NCBI GenBank assembly: GCA_052327205.1
Contig: CM126214.1
Span: forward strand, 46,252,001 to 46,316,000
DNA length: 64,000 bases
From: Somniosus microcephalus
Taxonomy: Eukaryota
Direction of reading: 5' to 3'
This document shows positions 38,126 through 52,380 of this stretch, piece by piece. The notes beneath the pieces were generated by a model, which did no database searches, was not told the origin of the DNA, and saw only the letters and a list, made by a program, of their open reading frames with translations. A program made the translations under genes and the position numbers. Positions within the stretch are counted from its first letter, which is position 1. Every line of letters starts with the position of its first letter.

Positions 38126-39290
38126 GGCTGCAGTTTCGCCAGCCAAGGCGGGTTCAGGGCGAGAGAGGTTGTTCTCGGGATATGGTCCCGCTGCCTACTG
38201 AAGCCCGCCAAAAAAAAGGATTTTACGCTAATGGACCTTGTTAAGCCCACCCGTCGCATTCCCCGACCTTATTAGAAAGGGCGGGTCAAGTGACGTCAGC
38301 GCTGACTCTCTCTTGACGGTTTATTTAAAGGGCGTGTGGCCTCACTTCAGTCCACTTCCTGAATTTGAAATGACCATTGCTGAGATAGCTTGTCCAACTC
38401 CAAAAATGGGCTCACAAAGGCAGAGGGCTGCGCCTCAATTCAGTGATGACTCCCTCCATGTTCTTGTGGAGGAAGTCAGAGCACGCAGGGAGGTTCTCTT
38501 CCCTGCCAGTGGTCGGAAGAGACCTCCCCAGGAGACCAAGGCAACCTGGCTGCAAATAGCTGAGGAGGACACAAGCAGGGATGTCGTAAGGAGGACCAGG
38601 CTGCAGTGGCACAAACATTTCAATTATCTCAGTAGATCACGAAACGTTACTGCAAAGCCACGCTCAACCTCATCCTGCTGTGCCTCTCATCACATCCCCA
38701 TCACTCTGCTTTCCCTACCCTACTCCTGCACATCCTTACTCACACCAACTTATCTTGCACCTCCACCCATCCCTCTCCATCCACATTATCTCTTCCCCAT
38801 CTCACTATCCACCCCTCACACTCACCCTCATCCTAGTGCAATCATACCAACTAACAACACACAAGGGTAGGCACTTGTGTGCTTTAGCCAATGTTCATGT
38901 GAAGTTTCTGTTAATGTGCTGTTAAACATTTAAATCTTTATTTTCAACACTTTGCATTCTTGGACAGATTTGTGTGCACGTTTGGAAGTGGCTCAGTGAG
39001 TTGCAGTGAATGGTGAGACATAATGGTAGCCCTCACAATGGTCATGAGTGTGAAAGGAATGGCTTGGTCATTGTAGGGATGCTTTATGGTGTTGGTGTGG
39101 GGTGGTGCCAAACTGGTGCATCATGTGGCAGCCAGGGTGTACAGCATCAAGTGAAGTAAATCTGGCAATGGTGAGGCCATCCCTGTCATCCCAGGCAGCA
39201 ATGTGACCGGGTGCTGATGCCCTGTTTCCTGTGCAACATCAGTTGATTTCGGAGAAGGTTGGTGTTGTTGTTGGTGCTGCTGGTGAGCCT
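38126..39290 (+). mobile_element. Harbinger deletion derivative: left end, Myb exon 1 (about 38407-38645), intron and transposase 3' remnant
   Basis: MGSQRQRAAPQFSDDSLHVLVEEVRARREVLFP..WLQIAEE; 39160-39230 resembles 7410-7470. Confidence 0.75.
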
Positions 39291-39742
39291 GATTCCTGGG
39301 AACGGGGGGTTGTCCTATGAGGAGAGATTGAGTAGACCAGGTCTATATTCTCTAGAGTTTAGAAGAATGAGAGGTGATTCTTACAGGGCTTGACAGGGTA
39401 GATGCAGGGAGGATGTTTCTCCTGGCTGAGGAGGCTAGAACCAGGGGTCACAGTCTCAGAATAAGGGGTCGGCCATTTAGGACTCAGATGACGAGAAATT
39501 TCTTCACTCAGAGGGTGGTGAACCTGTGGTATTCTCTACCCCAGAAGGCTGTGGAGGCCAAGTCACTGAATATATTCAAGACAAAGATTGATAGATTTTT
39601 GGATATTAAGGGAATCAAGGGATATGGGGATAGTGCAGGAAAGTGGAGTTGAGATCAAAGATCAGCCACGATCTTATTGAATGGCGGAGCGGGCTCAAGG
39701 GGCCGAATGGCCTACTGCTGCTCCTCTTTCTTATGTTCTTAT
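39290..39742 (+). mobile_element. CR1 3' end
   Basis: GLDRVDAGRMF..RTRGHSLRIRG..NFFTQRVVNLW; tail TTCTTATGTTCTTATG. Confidence 0.9.
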
Positions 39743-42479
39743 GCTCCAGTTTGCAATGGTAATGGAGAAGGCAGGGGGTGGAATTTTGGGCACGGAATTG
39801 TGCCACCTGATCACCGCCTATTTCTTCACCCGTAGCATCACTTCCACCAGATGCCAGGAGCACCTGTCCATATATGGGTGGGCGTACTCTAATCAGTCAG
39901 GAATGATGGGTTGACATCATTCATCACATGTTCTACCATTTCCACCCTAGCACTGCTGGACGCTGGGAATGCCAGCACCTAACAGGTGTGCAGTGGTGAT
40001 AGATAAAGTGCAATGCAGCAAATACGTCAAATGGACAAAGCTAGGAGAACAGTTAAGGCACTATTGATGAAGATGTTCAGTTGATAGATTATAGCCTGTT
40101 TCCATGGCAACAACAATTTTTATAGTCTCTTTGAACTGTTGCAGGCATCGCACGCCAACAGTGATTTCCTGCCTCCCAGATGTACGTAAAGCTGACTCCA
40201 GATACGTAGGTAAGGCTAGCCTCAGAAATGCAGAGGTTCTTCCCTGCCACACTTTCGGCAGCATTCCCACCAGAGAGCAAAATCACAGGCCACAACTATT
40301 TTGTTTTCTACTCTGTATCTCTAAAATAAAATGCACTGGCCCATTGAGAACAACGGCGAGGCTATCAGCACTCACCGTTATTATGAAGTAAATCAGACAG
40401 CAACTTCCAGAGTCCACACATATGCAGTAAAGCACGGAAATCAGGAAGTTGCCACCTGAGCTACCCTGCTCCTTCGCAGGCTGCACTATAATGGTACCTC
40501 GCCAATAGACTCGGCATTGAAATCAATGTAAGGGCATGAAGTTGCGATACTTACCCACTAATTACCCGGTAAACAAAGTAGAAAAAGTTAGTGCTGGTGC
40601 ATTCAGGTGTATGTGAATTTTTAACGACATGATAAGTCATAATTACTGCCAAGCAACCTCTCTGGCCCATAAAATTTAATTTTATGTGTGGAATCTCATT
40701 CCTTCAGAATGTAATTAGTGTTGGAGATTTAAAAAAAAATTGAAATTAAAGTATTTTTGTTTTTACTTTTTCTTTCTGTTTCTTTTATCTCTCTCTTTTA
40801 ATCCCACTTTTCTTTCCTTCTCTTTATTGCACTTTCTGTACATGATTTAAATTTAATTCATGCTTCCTGGTTTAGACTCTGCATGTCGCAGTGAGGATTC
40901 TTCAATCTGATTGGTTGAAGAGCCATGCTGTTGCTTGACCTGCTCACAGAGGCCACAGATCCCCTGTAGAGGGCGCCGCGTTGGATCAGACACCCGATGA
41001 CAGCAGGTTGCCACTCAAAAGCCTGTGAAAAGTCTGCGGGCAGCTGTCAACGTAGTGAACGGCAAGCCTTTGCCGCTGACTGCAAGAGCCGGTCCATTGT
41101 GATCACTGCTATGTAAGAGCAGAAATTGCACAAATAATGGAGTGGCGCAATTATGGAAAATTTCCAGCAGCGGGTGAATAATGTGTGATGAAACCCAGGT
41201 CTGGCAGGTCTCCGCTCTATCGATCAAAAAAAAAAGAAATTTTGCGCTGGGAGAGCAGGCACTTCTGCCCACCCCCATTACGACAGCCAGCAGTTTGGGA
41301 CATGTCCCTGTTAGGCCCAGTGGGAGCCACTGTCTGCTGAAAAGTGGTGTAGGTCCCATTATGGGCTTAAAATGCAGCCTGAAGCTGCAAAGGTGAAGGG
41401 CAATCAATGCCAAAGGGGGTCTTACAGTACTCCTTGACATTTTAAAACCAGTTCTGGCCTGCTCGTCCCTGCTCCTTTCTTTGGAAGTCGGCAGAAACAA
41501 AACTAAATTAACTTGTGTCATTTTGTAATCAAAAGGCACTCAGGAGCTGGTGTGCAGAGTTTTACGACCATACTGCTGTGAGTTCAATAAAATCCCAGCG
41601 GCTGATTATTTAGATGATGCACCAGTATTTCTTTTTTATTGCGAGAGCTTGGTGAAGGGCCAAGGCCCATAGTGCAGGACACCGCCAAGAGTAGAACAGA
41701 AGACAAGATAAATAAAGAAGTAGTGGCTGTACGATGCCAAGCTCGTGTTTTAAAAGCCTGAACATTATAGGAAGGGAAAACTAAGGGAGGTGAGGAGTTC
41801 GACAGTTTTGATATCCTGGGGAAAAATAAGTGAGAGTAGGAGACGGTTTAAAGTAAGTTCTTTTCACAGATGGGGGGAGGAAGAATGTCTAGAACTGTGT
41901 ATTTGGAACTTAGGGGGAACAGGAGGAGAAAGTTCAGAGTATACACAGATTTAAAAAGATTCCTGGAACTGCTGTGTTCAATCTGACAATTGTATTCAAT
42001 AGCCCTCTAGAAATGATTATGCAGGTTTATGAATTTCTGTGGATGTTCAGCAGTTTTTCTGAGGTTGTAGACTAACTGCTGTGCATTTAAAAGCTCTGAG
42101 GAGATAGAAAATGTGGCCTTATAGTATTAATACCACACTATGTTATCTAATAGTATGCCAGGAGTCTGTAATGGGTTCCACACAGATACATTTATGTGTG
42201 CTTAATAAAATCCCGAGATCAGGAACATTTGCGGTAAGGAATTATTACCTGAAAGAGTATAATAATTACACCTTTTTCTTTGTTTTTATTTTACTGACTT
42301 TAAGCCTGTAAGAGATGCATATACCCTTCAGCATAATGTTGTACAGACCATTTGTGTTATGTATTATTACAGAAATAACAGAATTTTGTAACATGCATTG
42401 CAAAAAATAGAGTATAGCTATTATTTGAATTAATCTTTTTCAAATAAGTATTTCCATTCCCCTAAAGGAATTGAAGTTT

Positions 42480-42715
42480 TCAAGACTATGTAAGGGATTG
42501 ACAAATTATTCACTGCAGTGAACAGTTCCAAAACAAACAGAATAGTTTAAAACTAAGAAATTAGGAGTAAGCTGGACAGTCAGACAGATCTTTTTCATCC
42601 AAAGGGTAATAGAATTGTGGAATACCATTAAAATGAAGAGTAGAAAAGATTCAAAAAAAGTAATTGGATGTGTTTCTGGAGAGAGAAAGGATTGAGGGAT
42701 CGAGGGATACGGCGA
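42480..42715 (+). mobile_element. very degenerate CR1 3' fragment
   Basis: CAAAGGGTAATAGAATTGTGGAAT and following sequence parallel the CR1 ORF2 end. Confidence 0.45.
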
Positions 42716-42893
42716 TGCAACACGTTTCAGGTAGATAGTGTCTCGGGTACAGTGGTGATGGTCACTTCCATAGGTGGTCTGACTGTCTTCTATTCAGTTG
42801 TGTGCCCATACTACCCGGTATCTAACTTGTATATGATAGTGTAACCCAGGGGTATTGCAATAGGGCCTTCTTGTGAACTGAACTGGATATTGT

Positions 42894-43565
42894 GGGGGAA
42901 AAATTTGGTTGCTTTGTGCCTCCTGTTAGCGCCCTAAGAGGGTTGAGGGGAGCGTTTTGCAGTCAGAAAGGGACTGGGGAACGCTATTTAAAGGCGACCG
43001 CTTCCTGTCTTTTTTGTTGGTGACATTTTTGAACTATGCATTCTGAGAGAGAGAGAGAGACTTCTGGACAGATTCAACGCTGTGTGAAGGAGTTTTGGGA
43101 ACTGAGCAGCACTTTACAGGTTCATTTTGATTTGACCTTTCTTGCATCGATTTTGAAGAGACAATGGGGGCTGCACTCTGAGCTCTTTCCCTGGGCCTCT
43201 CCATTGTTCTTTCCAGCAGATTTGATGTACAGATCTCTCCAGGCCGAGATTCAAGCCTGCAATGAGCAGGGTGTGGATGGAGAGCAAAATCGATCCTCCC
43301 CTTTAAGAACTGGCCGGCATCAGTGTGTCTGTGTTCCATTGCTGACTGACATCACATGAGCTTCGCCAGTGCTCTGAGGTAACGCCACGCTCCTCGGCAT
43401 TAGCGCCATAAGAGAGGTGTGCAGCACCTGATTTAGTGCTCTAATCACCTCCAGGGGCAATAGAAGCCAAGTTTGCAGTCGGAGGCGATAATTAGCACCA
43501 GGCGCAAAACTTTACGCCCGGCCGATAATTGCGCCCCAAATGGGGCGATACCCAATTATTCCCCC
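42894..43565. mobile_element. Harbinger-type non-autonomous element/MITE
   Basis: Ends GGGGGAAAAATTTGG and CCCAATTATTCCCCC; internal TAGCGCC repeats as in the other Harbinger ends. Confidence 0.55.
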
Positions 43566-43984
43566 TGGGACTTTTGGCGGTGCCCTCCTTCAATCTTTTC
43601 ATTGGTGAGCCAATAAATACTTTAGTGAGACAAGGCCAGATTCATCCCACTTCTCTTCTCTCCTTGTAAAATGAGAATTAATAACAAACCTGTGGGCTAG
43701 CTCTTGCTTACTTGCTCTTGGCATTACCTTTCCTTCTAGACTGCTAAATGCAAAAGCTTAACTCCAGCAATCTAGCTTTCAACCTGAGGCCAATGGCTGT
43801 CTCTTGCCATCTTTTGTTCTAAATGCGAGTGCCTCTTGAACATGGTTTTTTTTTCCTGCTTTTTGTACATTCTAATCCCAGGAAACAGAGGGGGAAGTGT
43901 TCCTTCCACTTTCCCTGTGCAGGGATTGGCCATCAGGCCTATAAAGCAAACCCACTCTCCCCTACCCCAAGAACATCTTATAAA

Positions 43985-46466
43985 GTCGTCATAGAGTTAT
44001 ACAGCACAGAAAGAGGCCCTTCGGCCCATCTTGCCCGTGCCGGCCATCAAGCCCTGTCTATTCTAATCACATTTCCCAGCACTTGGTCCATAGCCTTGTA
44101 TGCTATGTCATTTCAAGTGCTCATCTAAATGCTTCTTGTCAGGGCCCCAGCTACATGTTCCTCTGCTGGCCGCCAGAGGGCAGTTTTGGATGCCTCTGTA
44201 CACTTCTGCCATGCCTCTGGACCTCTCTCCTCACCTGTGTCTTATTAAAGTATTTGGCTCTCCTGTGTCTCATTTGAATAATTGTGTCACGTGACCAATC
44301 AGGCCTGTTATTTAAGCTTCCTGTTTCCTATCCTCTGGGCTCAGTCTTGAGTTCTCATGCCTGCAAGTCACAGCTCTCTGCTCAGCCTGTGTTTGAGGAA
44401 CCTCCTGGAGAAGCTTCTTTTGGGTTTTGCTCGGTCTCACCCTGTGTTTTGGTAAACCTTCTAGGAAGCTCCTTTTGGGTTTTGCTCGGTCTCGGGTCTC
44501 GTCCTGTGTTTTGGGAAACCTTCTGGAAAAGCTTCTTTTGGGTTTTGCTCAGTCTCGGGTCTCACCCTGTGTTTGTGGAGCCTTCTGAAGAAGCATCTTT
44601 TGAGTTTTATGCCATCTTAAGCCTCCGGTTGTCTGCCTGCACTTGGGTCCATCCCCGTACCATAACACTTCTTGAATGTTGTGAGGGTTCCTGCCTCTAC
44701 CATCCTTTCAGGCAGTGAGTTCCAGATTCCAACCACCCTTTGGGTGAAAAAAGTTTTTCCTCAAATCCCCTCTAAACCTCCTGCCCCTTACCTTGAAACT
44801 ATGCCCACTGGTTATTGACCCCTCTACTAAGGGGAAAAGTTCCTTTCTATCTACCCTATCTATACCACTCTTAATTTTGTACACCTCAATCAGATCCCCC
44901 CTCAGCCTTCTCTGCTCTAAGGAAAACAACCCCAGCCTGTCCAGTCTCTCTTCATAGTTGAAGCACTCCAGCCCAGGTAACATCCTGGTGAATCTCCTCT
45001 GCACCCTCTCCAATGCAATCACATCCTTCCTATAGTGTGGCAACCAGAACTGCACACGGTATTCCAGCTGTGGCCTAACTAACATTTTGTACAGCTCCAT
45101 CATAACCTCCCTGCTCTTATATTCTATGCCTCGGCTAATGAAGGTAAGTATCCCATATGACTTTCTAAACACCTTATCTACCTGTCCTGCTGCCTTCAGG
45201 GATCTATGTACATGCACACCAAGGTCCCTCTGATCCTCTGTCCTTCCTAGGGTCCTACCATTCATTGTGTATTCCCTTGCCTTGTTAGTCCTCCCAAAAT
45301 GCATCACCTCACATTTTTCAGGGTTAAATTCCATTTGCCACTGTTCTGTCAGCTAACCAACCCATCTATATCGTCCTGTAGCCTGAGGCTTCCCTCCTCG
45401 CTATTTACCACTCCACCAATTTTCGTGTCATCTTCGAACTTACTGATCATACTTCCTACATTCATATCTAAATCATTAATGTACACTACAAACAGCAAAG
45501 GACTCAGCGGTACACCACTGGACACAGGCTTCCAGTCACAAAAATAACCTTCGACCATCACCCTCTGCCTCTTGCCACTAAGCCAATTTTGGATCCAATG
45601 TGCCAAATTGCCCTGGATCCCATGGGCTCTTACCTTCTTGACCAGTCTCCCATGTGGGACATTGTCAAAAGCCTTACTGAAGTCCATGCAGACTACATCA
45701 ACTGCACTACCCTCATCCACACACCTAGTCAGCCCCTCGAAAAATTCAATCAAATTGGTTGGACGTGATCTCCCCCTGACAAAGCCATGCGGACTATCCT
45801 TGATTAATCCTTGCCTCTCCAAGTGGAGACTAATTCTGTCCCTCAGAATTTTTTCCAATAATTTCCCTACCACTGATGTTAACTCACTGGCCTGTAATTC
45901 CCTGGTTTATCCCTACTACCCTTCTTGAATAATGGTACTACGTTAGCTGTTCTCCAGTCCTCTGGCACCTCTCATGTGGCCAGAGAGGTTCTGAAACTTT
46001 GTGTCAGTGCCCCTGCAATCTCCTCCCTTGCCTCACACAGCAGCCTGGGATACGTCTCATCTGGGCCTGGGGATTTATCCACTTTAAAGCCCGCTAAAAC
46101 CGCTAGTACCTCCTCCCTCTCAATACTAATTTGTTCAAGTATATCACAATGCCCCTGCCTGATTTCTATGCCTACATCGTCCTTCTCCATAGTGAACACA
46201 GATGCAAAATATTCATTTAAAACCTCACCTACATCTTCCGGCTCTATGCACAGATTGCCACTTTGGTCCCTAATGGGCCCTACTCTTTCTCTGGTTATCC
46301 TCTTCCCCTTAATATACTTATAAAACACCTTGGGATTTTCCTTTATTTTGCCTGCCAGTGTTTTTTCATGCCCCCTCCTCGCTCTCCTAATTTCTTTTTT
46401 AAGTACCCCCCTGCACTTTCTATACTCCTCTAGGGCTTCCACTGTTCTTCTCCCCAGACATTTCAT
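43985..46466 (-). mobile_element. CR1 LINE (third family), 5'-truncated, interrupted by a solo LTR
   Basis: ORFs 45972-46466, 45349-45873, 44708-45334 with RT motifs. Confidence 0.92.
44137..44667 (+). mobile_element. solo LTR (531 bp) with an internal tandem repeat
   Basis: TGTCAGGG...CCATAACA; exact 5-bp TSD CTTCT; about four copies of a 55-65-bp unit at 44385-44620; TATTTAAG at about 44309. Confidence 0.9.
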
Positions 46467-47078
46467 GCCACACCCACGTGATTAGAATTGTCCTTGCCAA
46501 ACTGGATGTGGACATTTGTTGGCCATCTGAGATGAGATGACAAATTGCTTAACATTCCCAGCCACTGCCGAGATTACTCGAATGCATTGCTGATTAGCAT
46601 TTCAAGATCCCCTCTGTTCACAGTGCTGCGGCCTGTGGCTTTTAAACCTACACAAACTCACTTTATTAAAAACACATTTAAAAATAACTCTGTCAAATTA
46701 TTTGCATGAAGACAAAAATGATCAAAAATTTCAAATCATTCTAGGTGGGAAGACAATAGGTGGAATTGAGATCTATTTATAAAGGGATTATGTTGTTGGG
46801 GTCTAATGATATTTTCCTGCTTCTAACAATTCTCATATTCTTAATGCAACAGTTGGCCTTCTCTGGTTGCCTCAATGTTGATGAAACTACCATGAGCGTG
46901 TTACATTGAGCAGCTGGATGGTTAGATTTAAAGGGTTATTTTGGCCAAAGGACGAGAACAGGTGCTAAATGGATGCAGTGCTAATAAGACGAAGCTGTTT
47001 GAAATTCTGGATTTAGCACACAATGTTGGGCCTGATTGCCATAAATTGAGCTTGCCTGGCGGTGCTAACCAGAAACCA

Positions 47079-48114
47079 GGGGTGGAAATTCATCTTAGGA
47101 GGTAGTGTAAAGAGGGCGGTGTTGCACCAGCCACCCAGTATACATCACACCCGATACTCAGTTTTTTTGGAGTCAACAGAACTGAATATCGGGTGGGGCG
47201 TATTACGGGGAGGCCAATGTGATGCCATCTGTTTTGTGTGACCGCCCAAGACGAATTTCTACCCCCTGCAGGTTTAGCACTCAAGTATTGATTAGAAGCA
47301 ATTTTCGTGGAGCATTAAATGTGGGCTCCTCTCATCCACTGTGGAGTGCGCTGGCTGGCACACAGCAGCACATTGCAGGATGGCTCAGGGACCAAGGGAG
47401 AGGGCGCACAGTTTCTCGGATGCGGCACTGGAGATCCTGGTGGATGAGGTCCAGAGGAGGAGGGATGTCCTGTACCTGCAGGTGGGGAAGGACGCCACCT
47501 CGCCCCCCTGTCCCTCTCTCATGCAGCAGCAGGTGCTGCTCTGCTTGGCCTCATGTACCCTTTTATTCCTCGTCCAGATCAAGGGGGACCCCTAGCAAGA
47601 TGCCGATGACCAAGCACTCCTTTTCTCCTGGTGACTCCTATAAGGTAGAGCAGCACAGCACTTACTATTTTTAGGTGAAGTCCTCAGAGAATTTCTGGAA
47701 TAAATGTTGCTCGAGTGTTGATGAAGTTTTGACAAAATGTCCCAGAAAGTCTCCCGATGTGTTTCAGAGGTCCTTTTCACATCTCCAGCAGCAATGACCA
47801 TGAACTGGTAAGTATCCCTTTAAGTAGCGCTTGAAGTCGGCATCAATGCCGTGTTTATTCCCAAACAACTGTTCGCTGTTAGTAGAAACCATTAGTTGAA
47901 GTGCTAGCCTCCAAAATGCTGTGCAGCCTCTTTAATGAGCACTAGCAGGCATTTTAAGTGGCAATCAGCTGTTTAACGAGCGCTGACTTCAAATCCTTTA
48001 CCAAGATGCCGTCTTGCGCTAAACACAGGCTAAACCGGCGTTTCAGCTTAAGACCCCATCTTGGCCAACTCATTAACTCTTTAGCGCCGAAAGTATTCGG
48101 CGAAGATCACCCCC
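47079..48114. mobile_element. Harbinger deletion derivative
   Basis: Ends GGGGTGGAAATT and AAGATCACCCCC; Myb exon-1 remnant MAQGPRERAHSFSDAALEILVDEVQRRRDVLY. Confidence 0.7.
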
Positions 48115-48430
48115 ACAATGATTAAGCTTGATTTGGGAAACTGACTTCATTTCAATTCATGAGATTGAAATTTAAACATTAGCGCCTGCTTTATTTTATC
48201 AGCTCTAAAACTGTCAGAAATTGCTTTTAAAAAGCACTTTTAATATAAAGGAAACAATTGGATTCCCAACAAAAGTACTGATTTTTTTTCACCTTTAACA
48301 TTTTATTTTCTATTTAGCTTCCCTTTCCTCCCAAAGGTTTATGTCTGCTGGGGTACGGTTCTACAGATGTCAATCACTCTCCAGTTCTTTAGTCAGGTGG
48401 CCATTCTTCATCTGTGAACATAGACATTGA

Positions 48431-49040
48431 GGCCTCGATTTTAATTCCCCTTGGCCCCATTGATGGCCGGGAGAGGGTCAGGGTAAAACATCAAGATCGG
48501 GCAACCTAACCCCAAAACTGACCCTATGCCTGCCCCATCAAAGTTTAAAGTTCAGAAATCAGGTCATGAACGAGGCTCCCACAAAAGGCAGGCCGGGGCC
48601 TAATTAGCATCCCAAACTCACGGCCTGATGACATTATCGGCGCCACAACTTAATTTTGACAGTAAGTGAGGGGGAAGCCCGAGCTGTGGGACTCCCAGCA
48701 GCTGATCTGAGGTGGGAGCTGCTGGCTCCCCAAGAAAAATGGTTGTTTTAGTACATCTTGTGGGCCAGGAGGAGAAGGAGTGCTCCCCTAGCCCCCTCAA
48801 GAAAGCCTACAGCCTCCCCCAGTCCCGATCTCCAGCCTCCACCGCCCCAGCCCTCCCGATCGGCGACCTCCCCTGATCGCCGGGGACCAACCCCAAGGAT
48901 CCCCGTCCCTGTTGGCGGCCTCCTGCCACCAGTGATCCCTCCCGCCAGCCAGGCTGTCCATTTTCGGTCTGTCAGCCGATTTTGGCCTATTCCACACCCT
49001 CCCCGCCGCTCCCCCTCCCCCGTTAATATCAGAGTCTGAG
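48431..49040. mobile_element. possible Harbinger-type MITE
   Basis: Degenerate TIRs GGCCTCGATTTTAA / TTAATATCAGAGTC; GC-rich interior. Confidence 0.35.
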
Positions 49041-50229
49041 TGTCAGTGTCAGAGCGGAGGGGGACGAACCTAACTGGTCTATGAATACATTTGCTCCATT
49101 ACAGAACGATCATTAAAAATGTGACCAAAAAAATCCATCAATACATCCTTATACTCGTTTTATGTTGTAGGTCCAGTTACACCGGGAGCAAGTTAACAAT
49201 GTAAGCCGGTTCCTGTGTGTCAAACTTGACCTGTCTTTACTGCATGGCAGGTTAATACATTGGCTGGGCACGCAAACAATTTTCACATGTGCTGCTGTTA
49301 CAACTTTAACATTCTGGCCACAGCCCTTCCCCGGGACTGGGCAAGGCTACTGACTGGTGATGTTAAAAACCCACTGCAGGCCTGTAAATATGAGCTGAGA
49401 GCTCAGCCCACTCCCAGCCACAATGAAATGGAAGCCTCAACGCCAAGCAAGGACAACAGTTTGTCTTTTCTGTCACCAGCACACTACTACTGAAGGCACG
49501 GGACTAAAGCACTTCCTGAGGTGATGTTCCAGTGTCAGTTAAGTCACCCCATTTGTGCTACAGAGCTGCCTCCAAAAGCTAGATTGTAATATAAATGAGA
49601 TATTAGTATGGGTTTCACAGTCATAGGGTGAAGCAAAACATTTCAGTAATTCTTGCAGATTTCCAGAACGCTACGAATATGACAGTCACACACTGTTAGA
49701 TCTCACCAGCCTTCCATTCAAAGCCAATATGCAAACTATGATGTTTGTTAGTTTATATAACGCAGAATGCTGTTATGCATGGTATACTATTTGAACATTT
49801 CCAGGTGTGTTTAATGTGGTATGCTTAGCAAGCAGCTGATCTACATTGGTTTGTTTACCTGCTGGATGTTATTTCCATAGCTAAAGATAGATTGGCACCC
49901 GTTGGAGAGAGTGAGCGACAGTGGGACTATGGTAATAGTTTATTTGATTCAATTTTTGTCAACATTAAGATGAGAGATCTTCCATTTTCACGCACTCAGT
50001 GTTAGCATCAAGCACTTCCAGTTCAGGTACCGCATGGTTCGATGAAAGTGTAAGCCTTCGGCTACATTACTCCAACATTGTGCCTCAACCCCAATCGCAG
50101 ATCTGAGTGAAATTGCCTATTTATTCCTTGTTGGTGTCAAATTAGGGGCATTGTTGTGATGTTGGCCCCAATCCTCTAGGAACTGGTTTGAGATGCTCTC
50201 TTTCCCGATTCATTTCACATAGTGCACTT

Positions 50230-50774
50230 CTTCTTCTTCTTCTTCTTAGGCAGTCCCTCGGAACCGAAGATGACTTGCTTCCACACTAAAATTGAGTTCT
50301 CAGGTGACTGATGAGTCCAATGCGGGACCTACAGTCTCTGTCACAGGTGGGGCAGACGGTGGTTGACGTGCGCTGCTTGCGCTTGCTCCCGGCGAAGAGA
50401 CTCGAGGTGTTTGGCGCCTTCCCAGATGCTTCTCCTCCACTTTGTGCGGTCTTGGGCCAGGGATTCCCAGGTGTCGGTGGGGATGTTGCACTTTCTCAAG
50501 GAGGCTTTCGAATTACAGTATGCAGACGACGCTTGCGTCTGCGCACACTCTGAGGTCGAACTCCAAACCATCATCAACACCTTCACCAAAGCGTATGAGA
50601 GCATGGGCCTTACACAAACATCCGTAAGACAAAATTCCTCTACCAACCTGCCCCCACCACACAGTACTGCTCACCGATTATCAAAATCCATGACGAGGCC
50701 TTGGACAGCGTGGACCACTTTCCATACCTCGGGACCCCACTGTCAACAAGGGCAGATGTCGATGACAAAGTCCA
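50230..50774. mobile_element. RTE LINE insertion with 5' inversion
   Basis: 3' part on minus (50230-~50507, GAA tail); RT YADD part on plus (~50508-50774); 13-bp TSD ACATAGTGCACTT. Confidence 0.9.
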
Positions 50775-52380
50775 ACATAGTGCACTTATAGAGTATACAG
50801 ATGGAGGAGATTTTTTTATCCCATCAGTCTTGGGAAAGCACTAGCTAGAGTAAGAGATTGTGTGATAGATTCTGACCAACACAACCAAGATGTAAGGAGG
50901 AAGTAGTGCTGTAGGATAGAGTATTTGGAGCTTTGGAGGAACAAGAGTGGAAAGTTTGAAGAAGCAATGACTATAATCACATCAATAAATTGTGAGAGAC
51001 AAAAAAAGTTGTTATAGAAAATGACTTAAAGATGCCGAAGCAGTTTCCACGGTGACCGACTCGGCTTGGCACTAGTCGAGCTACCACCACCTACAGAAAA
51101 ATGCTGTTTGTGAAGAATTATAGTCATGACAACCTCTTATAGAAGTTTCAGTGGAAAGCATGCTCCTTTGAACTATTTTAAGGGCAGAGAAATTTTGGCA
51201 ATTTTCTGCTGTTAGGAACATAGGAACAGGAGGAGGCCGTTCAGCTTCTCGAGCCTGTTCCGCTATTCAATTAGATTATGGCTGATCTTATCTTAACCCC
51301 ATCTACCATAACCCATAATCCTTAATACCCTTGCACAAAAATACAAAAATCTATCAATCTCAATTTTGAAATCTGTAATTAACCTAGCCTCAATAGCTTT
51401 CATGGGGGAGAGTGTTCCATATTTCTACTACCCTTTGTGTGAAGACATGCTTTCTGACATCACCCCTGAATTTTAAGGTTACTCCCCTTGTTCTGGACTC
51501 CCCCACCAGAGGAAATAGTTTCTCTCTATCTACCCCTTCAACTTAAACACCTCAATTAGATCACCCCTTAATCTTCTATATTCAAGGGAATACAAGACAA
51601 ATCTACGCAACCTGTCCTCATAATTTAACCCTTTTAGCCCAGGTATCATTCTGGTGAATCTGCACTGCACGCCCTTCAAGACCAATATATCCTTCCTGAG
51701 AAGCAGTGCCCAGAACTGAATGCAGTTCTTCAGCTGGGGTCTAACCAGAGCTCTGTACTGCTGTAACATAACTTCCACCCCTTTGTATTCCAGCCCTCTC
51801 GAGATAAAGGCCAGCATTCCATTAGCCTTTAAATTATTTTTTGAATCTGTCCACTGGCTTTTAGTGATTCTGCACTTGGACCCTAAATCTCTCGGCTCCG
51901 CCACAGCTCCTCGCTTCTCACCATTGAGAGGATACTCCGATCTGTCTTTCTTGGGTCCAAAGTGGATGACCTCACACTTTCCTACATTGAACTCCATGTG
52001 CCTCAGATTTGCCCACTCACTTAATCTATCGATGTCCTATCTACTCTATTTACTGCGCCACCTAACTTGGTGTCATCAGCAAACTTAGATGTACAGCGCT
52101 CTATTCCTTCATCTAATGTCATTTATAAATATAGCGAAAAGCTGAGGCCCCAGTACAGATCCCCGGGGAACACCACGAGTCACATCCTGCCAATTGGAGT
52201 ACACTCCCATTATCCCTACTCTGTCTCCTACCTCCTAACCAATTCCCTATCCAAGTCAATAGGTTGCCTTCAATTCCATGCACTCTCATTTTTGTTACCA
52301 TTCTCTTATGTGGAACCTTGTCGAATTCCTTCTGGAAGTCCATATAAATAACATCCAAAGACACTCCCTTATCTACCATG

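Noticed and set aside
39775-41100. Possible further MITEs (GGGGGTGGAATTTT start; degenerate TIRs at about 40333 and 41096)
   Set aside because: Boundaries and TSDs could not be established by eye.
44385-44620. Regularly spaced repeats resembling a CRISPR array
   Set aside because: Degenerate tandem units without unique spacers, inside an LTR in eukaryotic DNA, with no cas genes.
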